A DNA stretch of 64,000 bases from Magallana gigas (Eukaryota), in contig NC_088859.1 in the NCBI RefSeq assembly GCF_963853765.1, positions 24,738,001-24,802,000 on the forward strand, written 5' to 3'. The notes under the pieces were generated by a model that was not told where the DNA came from, did not search any database, and saw only the letters and a program-made list of their open reading frames with translations. Of the stretch, positions 24,520 through 38,100 are shown piece by piece (the stretch's first letter is position 1; each line of letters begins with the position of its first letter). Made by a program: the position numbers and the translations under genes.

Positions 24520-27500
24520 CTTTAAAGGGGAGATAATTGAGAATTATTGAAAATTTGTTGGTATTTTTCAAAAATCTTCTTCTCAAAAACTATTTGGCCT
24601 GAAAAGCTAAAACTTGTGTGGAGGCATCCTCAGGTAGTGTAATTTCAAGTTTGTTCAAATCATGGTCCCCGGGGGTAGGGAGGGGCCACAAGAAGGGGAT
24701 CAAGTTTTACATAGGAATATATAGAGAAAATCTTTAAAAATCTTCTTCTCAAAAACAATTGGGCCAGGAAAGCTCAAATTAAAATGGAAGCATCCACAGG
24801 TAGTGTAGATTCAAATTTGTTCAAATCATGGCCCCTGGGGGTAGGGTGGGGCCACAATTGGGGGATGAAGTTTTACATAGGAATATATAGAGAAAATCTT
24901 TAAAAATCTTCTTCTCAAAAACTATTGGGCCAGAAAAGCTAAAATTAAAATGGGAGCATCCACAGGTAGTGTAGATTCAAGTTCGTTCAAATCATGGTCC
25001 CCGGGGGTAGGGTGGGGTCACAATTGGGGGATCAAGTTTTACATAGGAATATATTGAGAAAATCTTTAAAAATCTTCTTCTCAAAAACGATTAGGCAAGG
25101 AAAGCTCAAATTTGAGTGGAAGCATCCTCAGATAGTGTAGATTCAAGTTCGTTCAAATCATGGTCCCCGGGGGTAGGGTGGGGCCACAATAGGGGGATGA
25201 ATTTTTACATAGGAATATATAGAGAAAATCTTTAAAAATCTTCTCAAAAACTATTGGGCCAGGAAAGCTCAAATTATAATGGAAGCATCCTCAGGTAGTG
25301 TAGATTCCAGTTTGTTCAAATCATAGTCCTTGGGGGTAGGGCGGGGCCATAATGGGGGGGGGGGATCAAGTTTTACATAGGAATATAAATTAAAAATCTC
25401 CTTCTCAAAAACTATTAGGCCAGAAAGCTCAAATTTGAATGGAAGCATCCTCAGGTAGTGTAGATTCAAGTTTGTTCAAATCATGATCCCTCGGGGTAGG
25501 GTGGGGCCACAATTGGGGGATCAAGTTTTACATAGGAATATATAGAGAAAATCTTTAAAAATCTTCTTTTTAAAGACCATTTGGCCAGAAAAGCTTTAAC
25601 TTGTGTAGAGGCATTCTCGGGTAGTGTAAATTCAAAATCACAGTCCCTAGTGGTAGGGCGGGGCCGTGATGGGCGGTTTGAATTTTTACATATATAGAGA
25701 AAATCTTTAAACATATTCTGGGAAAGTTTTTCGGTCCAAAACTCAGTACTTAGTGTTAAAGCACAGGTTATGCAGATATAAGTTTGATGAAACCATGATA
25801 CCCTAGAGAAAAGTGGGGCAACAAAATGGGGGGGGGGGTATATAGGAAAAGAGAAAAATCATTTTACAGGTACAACAACAAAAAGGGCTTGATATTTACC
25901 AAAAGAAAGAGGTGGATAAAAATTGGCAGATTTTCAATTTTTGTTTAGCAAGATCTACTGTTCTTAGTTGTCAAGTTATTTTGATACTGTAATGCTAATT
26001 TGATCAGAATTAAGGCAATTGTTGCGCAGGTGAGCGATGTGGCCCCTGGGCCTCTTGTTTCTAATACTCTAACATTTTAACTTTTAAGTATAATCGTTTA
26101 TAGAGTAAGACGAATACATTTCAAAAGCTCAATGCGTGTTATATTCATTTACATATTCATATAATATGTAGGTATTTACGATGTACATGTATGTCTCAGT
26201 GATCCTAGTATATATTGTATGAACTGTTCATCAGTACTTGGTGTGTCATTAAGTAATAAATCAATAGCATTCGTCTATTTCCACGTCTTTTTTCAAATTT
26301 TAAATCAAAGAGTTGTAAAAAAAGAATTATTAGTGCAGAATTCAGACGCAGACCAACTTAATCCGGGCATAAACAACACAATACAGAACTACCCCCTCCC
26401 CACCCCCCCCCCCTCCCAAAAAAACCCCCCTTAATACTGAGTTAAAAAATCAACGGCAACGTACATTTACATTATTTTATGTGGAATTATTTTATTTAAT
26501 TCGAATTTTTAAAAGGTTTGGTGAATTTAATGTGGGAGTTTTACTTTTGACAGGCCAGACTATAGCTTTGAACATTTAATACAGTGTAGGTCGCATGTCG
26601 CTGTTCTTGATATCGATGGTCCAATGAAGACTGTTTGAGGTTTATAATCCCTCGAATTAAGTCGAGATGCTAAATTATGACACAAAAATTGTCACAAAAA
26701 TTTCTTGACGCATGCCAGATCTACATGCACGTAGCATCGTTTTTGAATGGGATGGAAGGGGGGGGGGGGGCCAGACATCCAAAAAAATCTTGACAAGCAA
26801 AAAAAGAGGGGGAGGGAAGGGGGGTATACTTTTAACTTCAATTTCACTGCTTATTTCATTATTTTCAATTCAATTTTTTACATGGTTCCATAAAAATTGG
26901 AGGGATGGGGGTGGGCAACTCCATGTTTATTCAATTTTTTGTATGTGAATTTAAGAAAAATCTTTCCTGTGCAAAAAAAGGGAGCCCCCTGATGCCACGT
27001 GCCTGATCTAGATCTTTAAAGAAGAGAAATTGATGATTTTTTTTCTAGCCATAAACTATTATCTAGTAAAGAAAAATTCTTAATACATGTATTTTAACTT
27101 TATCATTTGAATATTTTCTTAAGAGGATTGATATATTAGTCTTAAAGGAATGGTATATTGAGCCTCCGTAAACAAAAACAGGGCACGAGCCTTGTTTACA
27201 TGACAAGGAATTGTGAGCTCTTTATCTTGCTTATATCTCTTCGACTCTCAAATTTCATGTGATCATCATAAAAACAGAAAAATAGAATTTGACCAAAATC
27301 GTACGTGACCATGCCCCTTTAAATAGCCAAGGCCATCAAGTCCCCCTGATATATTTCGTCAGACAATTGAATTAAAAATTCAAACAAACTCTCGTTGGAC
27401 ATTTCACGTTCTTCATAAAATAGTCATCCTTTTATTTTCTTCTTTATTTCAAATGTACAAAAAAACCATAAATTTTTATGGTGTTTATTTCCTTAAAGAT

Positions 27501-29415
27501 TGTTCCAAATTGTCTAGTGGGACTGCTAAATGCATATTCTATTTCAAGTTCTATGAAGAAATTTGAGATTTATTTTCTACGTTTAATCAATCAAAATAGT
27601 TTTATATATTGTATTTATATAAAGGAAACATCACATATTTCTATTTAATGTAACGGCAATGTCGAGTTGTATCAACAGGCAGGTGTAAGCAGTTGGATAC
27701 TCTGTTCGAGATATACATGTATATTTCCCATTTGTTAATTGAATATCAAATATTAAAGCTACAATAAATCAATCGATGCGTTATTCATTATTAACGGTTT
27801 AAAAATCTACGCCTTCGAACATTTACATAACTTAGATTGTTTTATTTGATTTTCTTTTTTTAAAAAGCTAAATTTATTGTATTTATAGAAGGTACACACA
27901 CAATTCAAGTTATGAACTTGAAACGTTAAAATTGTTAATCGATTTCTGATGAAATTTGTCTGACAAAAGACTAGTAAAGTAAACCACCGAAATACGACTC
28001 AACACGCACTGGATAATAACTGACATATAACGAACACCCTCGAGTGTTACACTCCAGGTAATCTGGGATCTCAAATCAATTAACCACGATTTTGACTTGG
28101 TAATGAAGACATTCGATGTTACAGAATCTGTAGTTTAGCTTTTACCCGATTTTATGTCCTAGCTTCATTTGTCCGGATATTCATTAGCTTTAAACGTGTA
28201 CCAATACATACCGTCACTTCCAAAAACAATGGCATGTCATCTATCATATACACTAGATAATTACCGATAGATATATAAGTAAACAATAATTACGTTCGCG
28301 CTCGTTAGCGTTCTGTAAGAATGTTGGCGTGCTTGTACGTTTATTTCTGAGGCTGACCACGCGGAAACAATTACATTGTCTTGTCTTGTCGGCAGATTCC
28401 TATCTCTTCCAGATTTGACATACGTCGTTGTACACGGTGCGCGAACGTTAGGGAGTGATTCAGTGTTAAACTGTTAATGATGTAGACGAACAATTCTCTT
28501 TATGCATAAATAACCTAGAAGTCATTTATTGGTACATGCACGTATATATAATTTTATACGTACGTAGAGAGGAGCATAGCAAGCACTGAAGACGACTGTT
28601 ATTCCGACCAGCAGAATCAGCATCTGGCACTCGGCGTACCGCTTGCTGGCGCCGTGGTTGGAGCGTGACGTCCCGTCCTCCCTGCGTAGAATCCCCTGTT
28701 TTTGTCGGCTCTTGAGAATCGTATAAATGACTGTCAGATTACATGAAATCGTCACTATGATAATACTCATGGCTAAGATGCTGATGAAATAATTAAATGC
28801 CACGTGAATGGGTTCTTTGGAGTAGTAGTCAAAATAACACCAGGTTCCGGGATACTTCCGGACGATTTCTCCAAATCCTAAAAGAGGTAATGACGCGATA
28901 ACACCGGAAACTACCCAACACGAGACCAGTATAATGGTGGCATGCTTTTTTGATAACCGGGTATAATAGACATAAGGGTGCCGAATGCACACTATCCTTT
29001 CAATAGACATGGCACACACGATTGTCATGGTGGAAAATCCGGCCATTATCATCATGAAGCCAAAATAAGAACACAGGTATTCACCCCCTATCCACCTCCT
29101 CTCCACGTAAACCGTAATCACTACGGGGGAAGTCAGGGTGGTGCCGATTAAATCAGTGATGGTCAAGCCGGCCACCAAGCGGTAGAATATTGTCCGTCTC
29201 TGTTCTTTGCTGGAGTTTAGAAGCACTATTAGCGCTAATAAATTCCCAAAGAATCCACTAGCAAACATCATCCCTGAATTTCTCACATTTTTTGTACTAA
29301 TCCAACTCATGTGATCCGTGGCGTTTAAATACTGTGGGGTGGAACAATTCATGCTGCAGTTGGCCGTCTCTTTTGCAGCCTGACTAAAATTGCCGCCAAA
29401 ACCGCACAGAGACAT
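16011..29415 (-). CDS. PTGER4: Prostanoid (prostaglandin E2 EP4/EP2-like) G protein-coupled receptor, 2 coding exons, 459 aa
   Basis: Exons 28564-29415 and 16011-16538, phase-0 intron TAC|gtacgt...tttag|GTA. Class A motifs GN (TM1), TD (TM2), SIER (ERx); prostanoid-specific ECL2 YPGTWCYF; TM7 IRLASFNQILDPWVYILLR with the carboxylate-binding Arg. The symbol marks closest family resemblance, not proven orthology. Confidence 0.93.
18780..18961. mobile_element. Partial TA-type MITE (TTCGCCC repeats, CCCTGTATACAGTA terminus)
   Basis: Repeated TTCGCCC/GGGCGAA motifs ending in CCCTGTATACAGTA; the other terminus is not found. Confidence 0.45.
19981..20069. mobile_element. 89-bp foldback element, TAG...CTA termini, 10-bp TSD
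   Basis: TAGTCTCGTTCAAC...GTTGAACGAGACTA; flanks TATTGAACTC (19971-19980) and TGTTGAACTC (20070-20079). Confidence 0.8.
22896..23515. mobile_element. TTAA-flanked MITE (Kolobok-like), longer copy
   Basis: Same TIRs and TTAA flanks as 1744-2146 plus about 220 bp of extra internal sequence. Confidence 0.87.
24375..26059 (+). mobile_element. Helentron-like non-autonomous element carrying about 7 units of a 166-bp satellite
   Basis: TTTTTAGCTCACCTGAG start, GTC microsatellite, CAGGTGAGCGATGTGGCCCCTGGGCCTCTTGTT end, T-rich insertion site; unit anchor TCTTC at 24575, 24741, 24907, 25073, 25239, 25397, 25562. Confidence 0.9.
24571..25700 (+). repeat. 166-bp tandem satellite array (Cg170-like)
   Basis: Period of 166 bp measured between unit anchors. 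Confidence 0.9.
26724..27005. mobile_element. hAT-like MITE
   Basis: CATGCACGTAGCATC ... GATGCCACGTGCCTG termini, flanked by ATCTA on both sides; truncated relative starts near 49472. Confidence 0.6.
27150..27322. mobile_element. Truncated TTAA MITE (GGGGCATGGTCACG family), one end only
   Basis: TTTGACCAAAATC..GTGACCATGCCCCT|TTAA plus internal similarity to 55776-56279. Confidence 0.75.
28564..29415 (-). CDS. PTGER4: Prostanoid receptor coding exon 1 (TM1-TM6)
   Basis: Track ORF 28522-29415 trimmed at the donor after ...SACYAPLY. Confidence 0.94.
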
Positions 29416-29749
29416 GATTTTTAATCCGTTTTTTGTAAATCCTCACTCCAATCTATCTGTCTCTAAATGGGCAGCTTCTCCATCCCACCTACTGTCGCCA
29501 GTTTACAGAATCATGACAGTGCTTTGTGACATGCGCAGGCGCCATTGATTTTGCCTTTATAGAAGAATCCAGGCAATTGTTTCTAGGGTAGAGCGACGTT
29601 TTGTTTATGTGTGGGTTTTTTTTAAAAGAAATGCAAATAATCATTTATTTTAGCTCCCTCGGTTCATGGCGAATCTCTTTCATAATCCATTGTAGTTCCT
29701 TGTTTTTCTGTGCTAACGGCGTAACATCTCTGCGAATGATGATCTATCC
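29416..29749 (-). other. 5' UTR part of the first coding exon of the receptor, bounded by a probable acceptor near 29750
   Basis: Minus strand taatatttgcag|GATAG near 29750; implies an upstream non-coding exon that I could not place. Confidence 0.4.
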
Positions 29750-30689
29750 TGCAAATATTATACACAGGGATAAATAAAATAAGTTAGCGTTGTCACTTTT
29801 TAAAGTTCATTTAATGCTTGTGTGAGTTAAAAGCTCAGTCGGCGTTTCATAAACAAGAACAATATTGTCAGACGGCAGAATGATTGCGAGTAGAATCGAC
29901 AACTGATAACGTTGATGCTTGCCTCGCACTCACCATTCACTTTCGCTCACTTGTTTGCATTGGTTTAGGGTCCACAAGGGATTTACCCATTTATTCTGAC
30001 GTAAATGTCCTCAGATACAAATAGGGAATATGATTAAAAGAAATTAATATTCACGCTATTTGTGGCCTGTCTCCCTTGTCGTGCCATATTGGGGAATTAC
30101 TATTTCTAACAATTGTGCTTAATATTATATTCTGGCGGTAGAAGTATATAAACAAGGTGTTGCAAAATAATCAGGGAACAGTTCTCTCCTTTATAATAAT
30201 CTAGTATAACATATATATTTCATTTGTCGACATCAAATATTGAATTACATTTCGATTAGCCAAATGCTAACCAATTTGTATTTTTTTTTGCTACAAAATA
30301 ATTGTTTTCATAATCCAGTGAACAACAGATAGATTCAGAATCCACAGTAATTATTAGAACGTTTATCTTATTTAATACACAAATCTTGTTTATTTTTATG
30401 CAATTTATACTATATCCTTTTTCATTCGCAATTGTATTACATGATACATATATTTTTTTATGAAAAAAAAGAGCAGCTGTGTTCTTAATGTAATCATTTG
30501 GTTTGATCCATAAAAAAAGCGAGAAAAGAGCCGAGAAGGAATGAAAATAAGTTAGATCTTTTGAGATTTTTATTATCTTGTGCTTAGTTACTTAATCGAT
30601 AAAATATCTAGTTTGCTTTGATTTTATCTACCATTAGCGGTATCAAAGCCTCTAATTCAAACGTGACCTACAAATTACATAGACGATAA

Positions 30690-30848
30690 NNNNNNNNNNN
30701 NNNNNNNNNNNNNNNNNNNNNNNNNNNNNNNNNNNNNNNNNNNNNNNNNNNNNNNNNNNNNNNNNNNNNNNNNNNNNNNNNNNNNNNNNNNNNNNNNNNN
30801 NNNNNNNNNNNNNNNNNNNNNNNNNNNNNNNNNNNNNNNNNNNNNNNN
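30690..30848. other. Assembly gap (N run)
   Basis: Run of N. Confidence 1.
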
Positions 30849-31772
30849 ATAAGTTATTCGAGCTCTCTTTTCAACAAAATATTGCAATTTTGTTTGTGAA
30901 TGAAGTTCACAAAGACTGAGATTTTATGAATTTGATCGGCAATATGTCATGGCTGCGCGTTGTGTTTGGTACTTCTGGCAACAATTAAACGTGTGAAATT
31001 ACAATTTTAGAGTTGGATTCTGAGTGTTTATAAAGCGATAAGCTAAATCAAGGCAGTTAATTAAATGGTAAATGAACTAATAAAAATAAAAATTGAATCT
31101 GTGCTTGACGAAATGCACGATCTTTAAACATTCAATTACTTGGTTAAATACTTGCAATTCCTAAAAAAAAAATGAACATTTTCATCAACGATTTATTATT
31201 TGAAACCCTGCTGCTAAGAAATAAATTTTTCATTAATGCTGTTTTTTTTTTTTTTTTTATATAGAACACAAATTACAGTTATGATATATTAAAGAATGCA
31301 TCGGAAGCAATCCAGTTCGCTTCGCTCGAAGACTGCAATTTCCAAAGAATGAACATGGTTTATTCAAATAGCCATAATAAACAATGTCAATATCATGAAA
31401 TAATGCCTTATTCTATACCAGATACAATAGCAATCGACAAAGATTCAAACATTAAAAACAACAGAAACCATGGACTGCCGACATTTTTCGGTAGTTCCCT
31501 CCTTAATGTTAATATTCTCTGATCATAAATAATTGTTTATGTGAACATCTACCCACACCATATGAATAATTTATCAAAGATGCAAAGGGAGATGTGAATA
31601 TCTATAGACTAATGCATTAATGATATTGTCATTATTGCTGAAAAAAAATAAACATAAGACTTTTGGTTTAATTGAAAGGCCAGAGTTGCTACATGCAAAT
31701 AGCTCGTACTTTTATGTGATATACATGTAGTAGAGTACTACTAAATTTTACATTTATATGAAAACTCTTGGT

Positions 31773-31854
31773 CAATCAGATTAAAATCAGATCCTTTGAG
31801 TCGCTCGTAGCGATCTTTGTGAGCGGATCAAAGGATCTGATTTTAATCAGATTG
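31773..31854. mobile_element. 82-bp foldback element with 9-bp TSD
   Basis: ACTCTTGGT|CAATCAGATTAAAATCAGATCCTTTGA ... TCAAAGGATCTGATTTTAATCAGATTG|ACTCTTGGT. Confidence 0.82.
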
Positions 31855-34325
31855 ACTCTTGGTCAAACCTGAATTTAAAAAAAAGTTATTACATATATAT
31901 TTATCTTTGTTTATGAGTAGCTGTTGATATATTACCGAATCTCAAAAATTCAAATAAAAGGCCAAAAAATTTTGTTTCGGGAGCGCAAGATGTAAGAATT
32001 ACATGTATTGCCGTTTAAAAAAATTACTAGTAAAGTAAAGACATGATTACCAACCAAAGCTAATCAAAATATTCTTAACTCGAAAGCCATGCGTAAGTAT
32101 TGTTTGCAAAATATTTTAGACAACACAGACACTTGGTCAGCGATACAGCGTATTGGTTATTACGAGCAAGTCTAATTCACTTAGTTTATATTGCATCGTC
32201 TATTTCCGTGTCCTTTTCCCCAAAGATGGCTTCAGCGATTGAAAACTCAATTCCATGTGGAGTTCTATAAACACCGCCTTCGTTGTAATTTTACAAGAAA
32301 CCCAGTTCCAAGAGATCAGTATGTTGAATTTCTAGGATATTGCGAGACCAAAAGACAATTATGTTTAATTGGATTCACGTCTATAGAGGTCGACGCGCCT
32401 TGGTGAATTAAATAATATAAATTCGACCCAAAAGCTTTGTAGGAATCAGTGGCACACAGACAGAAAAAAATGAATTGTTTTCTTCTTTTATATGTTGTTA
32501 AGTTTGATGGACACCAGAGGTGAATTTGATGACTTTGCAGCTTAAGCTCAAGGGAAAATATATGATCTCTCGTGATTGGCAACTTACAGTTGTTTTGTGG
32601 AATAAAAATATCATAAACATACCTGGATTTTTATAATTCTTATGTTGTCTTTTCGTTGGGAAAAATCTTTTTTACAATCCGTGCAGAAGATATTGAGTTT
32701 GATTTTTGTTTCTATTTTTCTGTCATGTCACTTCTAAAGTTTTTAAAAAAAAGATGGCTTTTTAAATCAATTTTTTATCGAATATGATGTCCTTTTAAAA
32801 GTATCAATTATCTTTTGAAATTTAGAGAGCAAGAGAGTATCGGTATATTCTCAATGAGAGCGCAAAACAAGTAAAAGACTCTTTCAATTTGCGAATGGCC
32901 ATATCCAAGCACCATAACTTATGTACTCCAGTTTTATGTAACTGTCAAGCCTTAGAAAGAAAAACAACAACAACAACAACAACAACAAACGTTAAATATA
33001 AAGTGTTTTATATCATTGCAACAAACAGCAGTTTGATCGTGTTTAATGATACTTGATTTTTTAACCGAAGCACGAAGGCTACGGAATAATAGTAATACGA
33101 ACAATGAATCATTTTGCTCAAACCATATCAAAAGACCGGAATTGAACGCCCTTAATACCTGCATAATATTATGCTATTATAAATGAGACCAATCGATAGA
33201 CTTTCAAACAGATTAAATCTAGATTTAAATGGCGTAGTAATTATACAGACATCCATACTTCGTCATTTTTTTCATGAGCCGGCGAAAGACATCGGTCGAT
33301 AGTTAGTTAGGACAAAAGGCACCTTTTCGTCAACAGTAAATATCTGTCCGAGTTGGAAGAGTTTTACCACAACCCGCTAACAATGCATTTAAAAATAAAT
33401 CCTACCATCAAACATTTGAAATTATTTTTAAAAAATTTCCGCCCAAAGTTGTATTTCAAATACTGATTTGGATTATGTTTACATTACTTTGATAAAAAAC
33501 AACAGATTTAGTAGCTTAAGTCCATACGGAAGAGAGCTTGTAAATAGATGTGAATAGGTATGCAATAGTGTCTTACTATGCAAGTAGGTAACAGTATTGA
33601 AAGATGTTTTTATCAGAATCATTTTGAAAAATTAATTTCTTACAAATAAAGGACAATTGTCAAACAAGAGATAGACGAGAGCAATATCTGTGCTTTTGGC
33701 AATATTGTTTGTATGAATTATCGATAGCGACCAAATCACCAGAATCCAATACCGCCGGAAGTGGTGTTTCGTACAGGCATGATAGTAGGCGCTCACTGTG
33801 AGCGGGTTTCCATTATTAATGACCTCTACGGATTCAAACACTTGTCTGACTAGAATGCACCATCAATAGAACAGCTGTAACCTGCAATCACTTCAGGTAC
33901 AGGTACAGGTACATGCAAGATTAACTGTAGCCGGACTGTGACGTCGTGGGTGATCACACGCGCTTTATTCGAAATTTAGCCATAGTTTATTGATCTTTCT
34001 TTGCTTTACTTTAATCTAATACTATTATATGATAAAATTTAAAAAAAAAAGAATGATACATAAATGGTACATGATGTGTTATTAGTACGTATTACATGTA
34101 CTTTATATTCTTGTAAAAATGGTATATGCCAAACTGCAATATTTCAGCTCTGTTCAAGACTTTTTGGTTTCGTATGTTTGTTTTTTTTTTTTAAATGATT
34201 AAAGACCCTACATATACCGGGATATTGTCTACCATAAATTAGGCGGTTAGTACCACCAATACAATTCTCCCGAGTTCCTGTTTTTTACAAGTATGATAAA
34301 TTCTTCCTTGCATAATACTGGTATA

Positions 34326-35118
34326 AACAAGCATTCTGAGAGTATTGCATAAGCAATACACGTCCCCTACCGGTTTGTATAATTCTATGAAAGCTTCGAC
34401 GCATACATCTATTTCAAAACTATTTTAAACGAGATAGTATGCTTTAATCAGAGATAAATGAACAGAGGAAATTCAAACTACATAGTTGATATAGAAATTA
34501 AATTAAAAAATGGGTTAAATAATACTCTTTATTTTATCTCCAGTAATTTCGCCAAGTCCATTAAGTATTTGGTGGTAGAAATTTGTGAAAACAATGCACT
34601 GTAATGCATAATATTATTTCTTACCGTCTTCTGTTCCCTGAATCAACAGACAAACCCGATAGCAAACCCGATTGTAATAATACAAAAAACCCCATCGATT
34701 AAATTTACAACACAATGCTTGACACTATTTTACAGATTGAACTTATTTGTTTGTTAGAAACAATAAAAGGAATGGTACAAGTAAATCACGATATCATTAC
34801 TGACTACATACTTTCCTCGTCTATTCAGTACACACCGAACCCGATAACGAACCTAAACATTAAAAAATATATAAAAAATTAACTTTCTCGAAAATATGTC
34901 AACCAGACTTTACATAAGTGTAAACTTAATCTGTAGTTTGACATTTTGAAGCTGTTCAGCAAATTTCATATTATTCCTCAAACGCATAAAGAAAAAAAGT
35001 GTGGAAAACTGAAGTGGGACAGACAGACGGACGGATGGACGGACGGACGGACGGACAGACTGACGGACGCAGAGGAAAGCTATAGTCCCCTCCGCTGAAA
35101 ACCGGTAGGGGACTAATA
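34326..35118 (-). mobile_element. Helentron/DINE-like non-autonomous element
   Basis: Subterminal IR GTCCCCTACCGG/CCGGTAGGGGAC, hairpin GTATTGC-ATAA-GCAATAC, (GGAC)n microsatellite; inverted shorter copy at 58585-58903. Confidence 0.85.
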
Positions 35119-38100
35119 ATGGGCGGGCTTTGTTAATCATTTTCGAAAAAAAACTATTATTCTAGTTTAAAAAACACAATCACTCTTAGCTTTTCAAGGT
35201 TCATGTATGAATTGTGCCTCGTTATTTCAGAGGGCACGAACATTTCTTTGAAATGCTCGCAACCAAATGGCTGTAGAAGTAAAGCACGACAAAAGTAAAA
35301 GACGAAAAAGAAAAAAGATAAAGAAGGAGTTCTTTGTTTTCAAATCAGATAAAGCAGTTCCCATTTACACAAACTTCTTTTTTATTACAAAACTGAACAC
35401 CTAACAATCGTTATGAAGAATTTACGACGGCAGGACTGATCGGGGATTTCCGATATTTTGTAGCCCCTAACCCTTTTACTTCAATAACCCTTATATTGAC
35501 AGTTCGTACACACATGTGCAAGGTTTTAAACAGATGTAAATGTGACAAACGCTATAGATACGGGTTTTTGTTCATATCGAACTAGTAAGGAGAAAAATCT
35601 ACTAATTTTACAACAGTACTTAATAAATTTAAACAAAAAAATGGTACAGACCTTGTTTACACTATAAATTCATGTACTTATTCGCTATGTATCTTTTTAA
35701 AAAAAAACTCGACAACTGACTTTAAAATTTGGACTGACCATTCAAATGCTACATTGAAATGAATCATTTTAAAGATTGAAAATAGAAAATTCATTTTCAG
35801 CTTAAATCGATACAAATTATTGACAGCTGGTCAAAGTCGAGATCAAAATATTCTTCTCTCGAGGGTACAATCATGAATACACGCATGTTAGCACACAAGA
35901 TTCATAGATCTGAAAGACAATTATTAAGAAGCAATAGTTCTTATTGTTACACTCGGTATTCTTTAAAACAATTATACGTTGGACGTGGGGCGATAAAAAT
36001 ATTTCCGAGCTCACTTTTGATTTCAATCTCACTTTTCCACAAGATACCTTTTAAAAAGTGAGACCCACATTGTAGATCAAACGTGAACTCGTCTTAGTTT
36101 TATGGCACTAGGTCACAGCATGCAGTAAAACAGAGAACAGACGTGGTTAGATCAAATCGCTTACTAAACATTTTGGATGGTGCGTTGGCGGTGATGTCGA
36201 GGATTAATATATAATAATTATTGAATTCGGAGGTTAAAGTCTAAAAGCAAATTTAAAAGCGATTCAATGTAAATTATTAGTCAACGTATTATGTAACAGA
36301 AATCGGTTTACACGGAGCAATATTGATAAAATTTAGAATTTATCCAATAAAACATTTCAATTGGTTTGCTGTAAACATCTGAAAAAAAAATCTTTTAAAT
36401 TCTTTATCATAAGTAGACTTTCATACAAAGACTTGTGATGTAATGGCTTAGTTTATCTATTGATTGCTCATTTGATAAGAAACGAAAGGAAAATTGAGCT
36501 GTTGTCTATCAGTTAGAATAATCGATTATTTTCAAAACAGATCAGAGAGATTTAATTAAAAGCCCAAACAGATAAAAAAAAACAAACCTGGAGGGCACTT
36601 CCGATAAATCATCTTCGCATAAGCGATAATATTTAATTGTATTCATTTATTTTTCATTTTTTAACATAAAAAAAATTGCATGGTTACATAATCTAAAGTC
36701 AACATATTTTGCTTCGATGTGCAACATTGATAAACGGATATGTACAGAGAGTTATCTGTGCACCATCCGTTTCACGTCATTCAACAGAGAGAATAGCCCT
36801 TCCCTATAAATATTAAATGAATTGAATCGTCTGTTCAAGTTCTTTCATAAACAATTTAAATCGTTTACTTTTTATAAACATAGTTATCCCTCTTACTGTC
36901 CGTTTTCAAAACGAAAGTAGATACATATCAATTTTATGAACAAAAGTGAAATTTAGATTTTAAAATTATTTACCTTTTTTGTTTAATCACCTGTTTGCGA
37001 AACCAAGTAAACATAAACGAGCGTCAAATCGTCCGGTTTCATTTGAAAATCAATATGTTTCCGCTAAAATTTAATTCCACACGAAATGTTTATTATTCTG
37101 GGTGGAATAATAATTTTACTTCCTTCTACTTACATTTACCTCTTATACACCCGTGTACTCGTTAATGAGGGGTGTTTCGCAACTCTGAATAAAAATAGTT
37201 TCTGAAAATGATGTTTGGATCCCTCTTTTAGGAAATTAGATAATAGAAGGAATGCTGTCTATGAAAAGGTGTATTATATTGCATGGTGCAGGGTAACTGA
37301 CACCAGAGGATGATGATCTGTTCAAAATGAAAAGTGGGTTACACTGCGTATGTAAGCGCATTGAAATATTGAACTTGCATTTTATACAAATGTAAAAAAC
37401 CCCACTAGGTATGATGCATTTAGTATGTAGTTCCATTTAACCCAGGCCTCTCACATATGATTTGTTTAGAAATATAGTATCTTTTGAAATGTTAATTTCA
37501 AATGCTTATGCAAATAAATATGTAATTCATAATTAGAAAGAACAGGTACATGCATGTACAAGTTTAACCCGTGAGTCGTTCCTTTTACCCTTTATTTCAC
37601 AAATCCGCATTTCAAGATAAGGAAGAAAATGAAATGTTTTTATTAAATGTTTGTGATTTATTAGGATAAAAAAAGGTGTTGGAGTGTTGGAATGTAAAGG
37701 ATGTTAACTCGACATATTTTAGGCATCGTTATAAAAAACTTAAGTTGACGAAAACACAATTGAGATTTTAGATTTCTTAATCTCACAGATATTACGACAT
37801 GTTTAAATTATAAATAACAATGTAACGTTAAACCTGCAATTACAAATGCTTTAAAGCATGACGGGTTCTGCATGTCATAACTCAGTTGGTAAAAGACACA
37901 ATGCACTATTCACAATTTTAAATTTCAAGGTAGAATTTAGGAAAAAAAAGAAAGAATTCTTGGGGTAGATAACAATCAATAAATACGACACTACGCAACG
38001 AGCTGTCATGGTCTCGTTTATATCACTTACAACAGATCTAGAAAAGACGTTGAATCTAGTAAAAGGAAAATGTGTAATTTAAAAAACAAAGTATGTGCTT

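Noticed and set aside
30675-30887. 70-aa ORF
   Set aside because: Almost entirely N
33830-33965. Possible promoter or first exon of the receptor (TGACGTCG half-CRE, GC-richer)
   Set aside because: No way to tie it to the gene without transcript data; a gap lies in between
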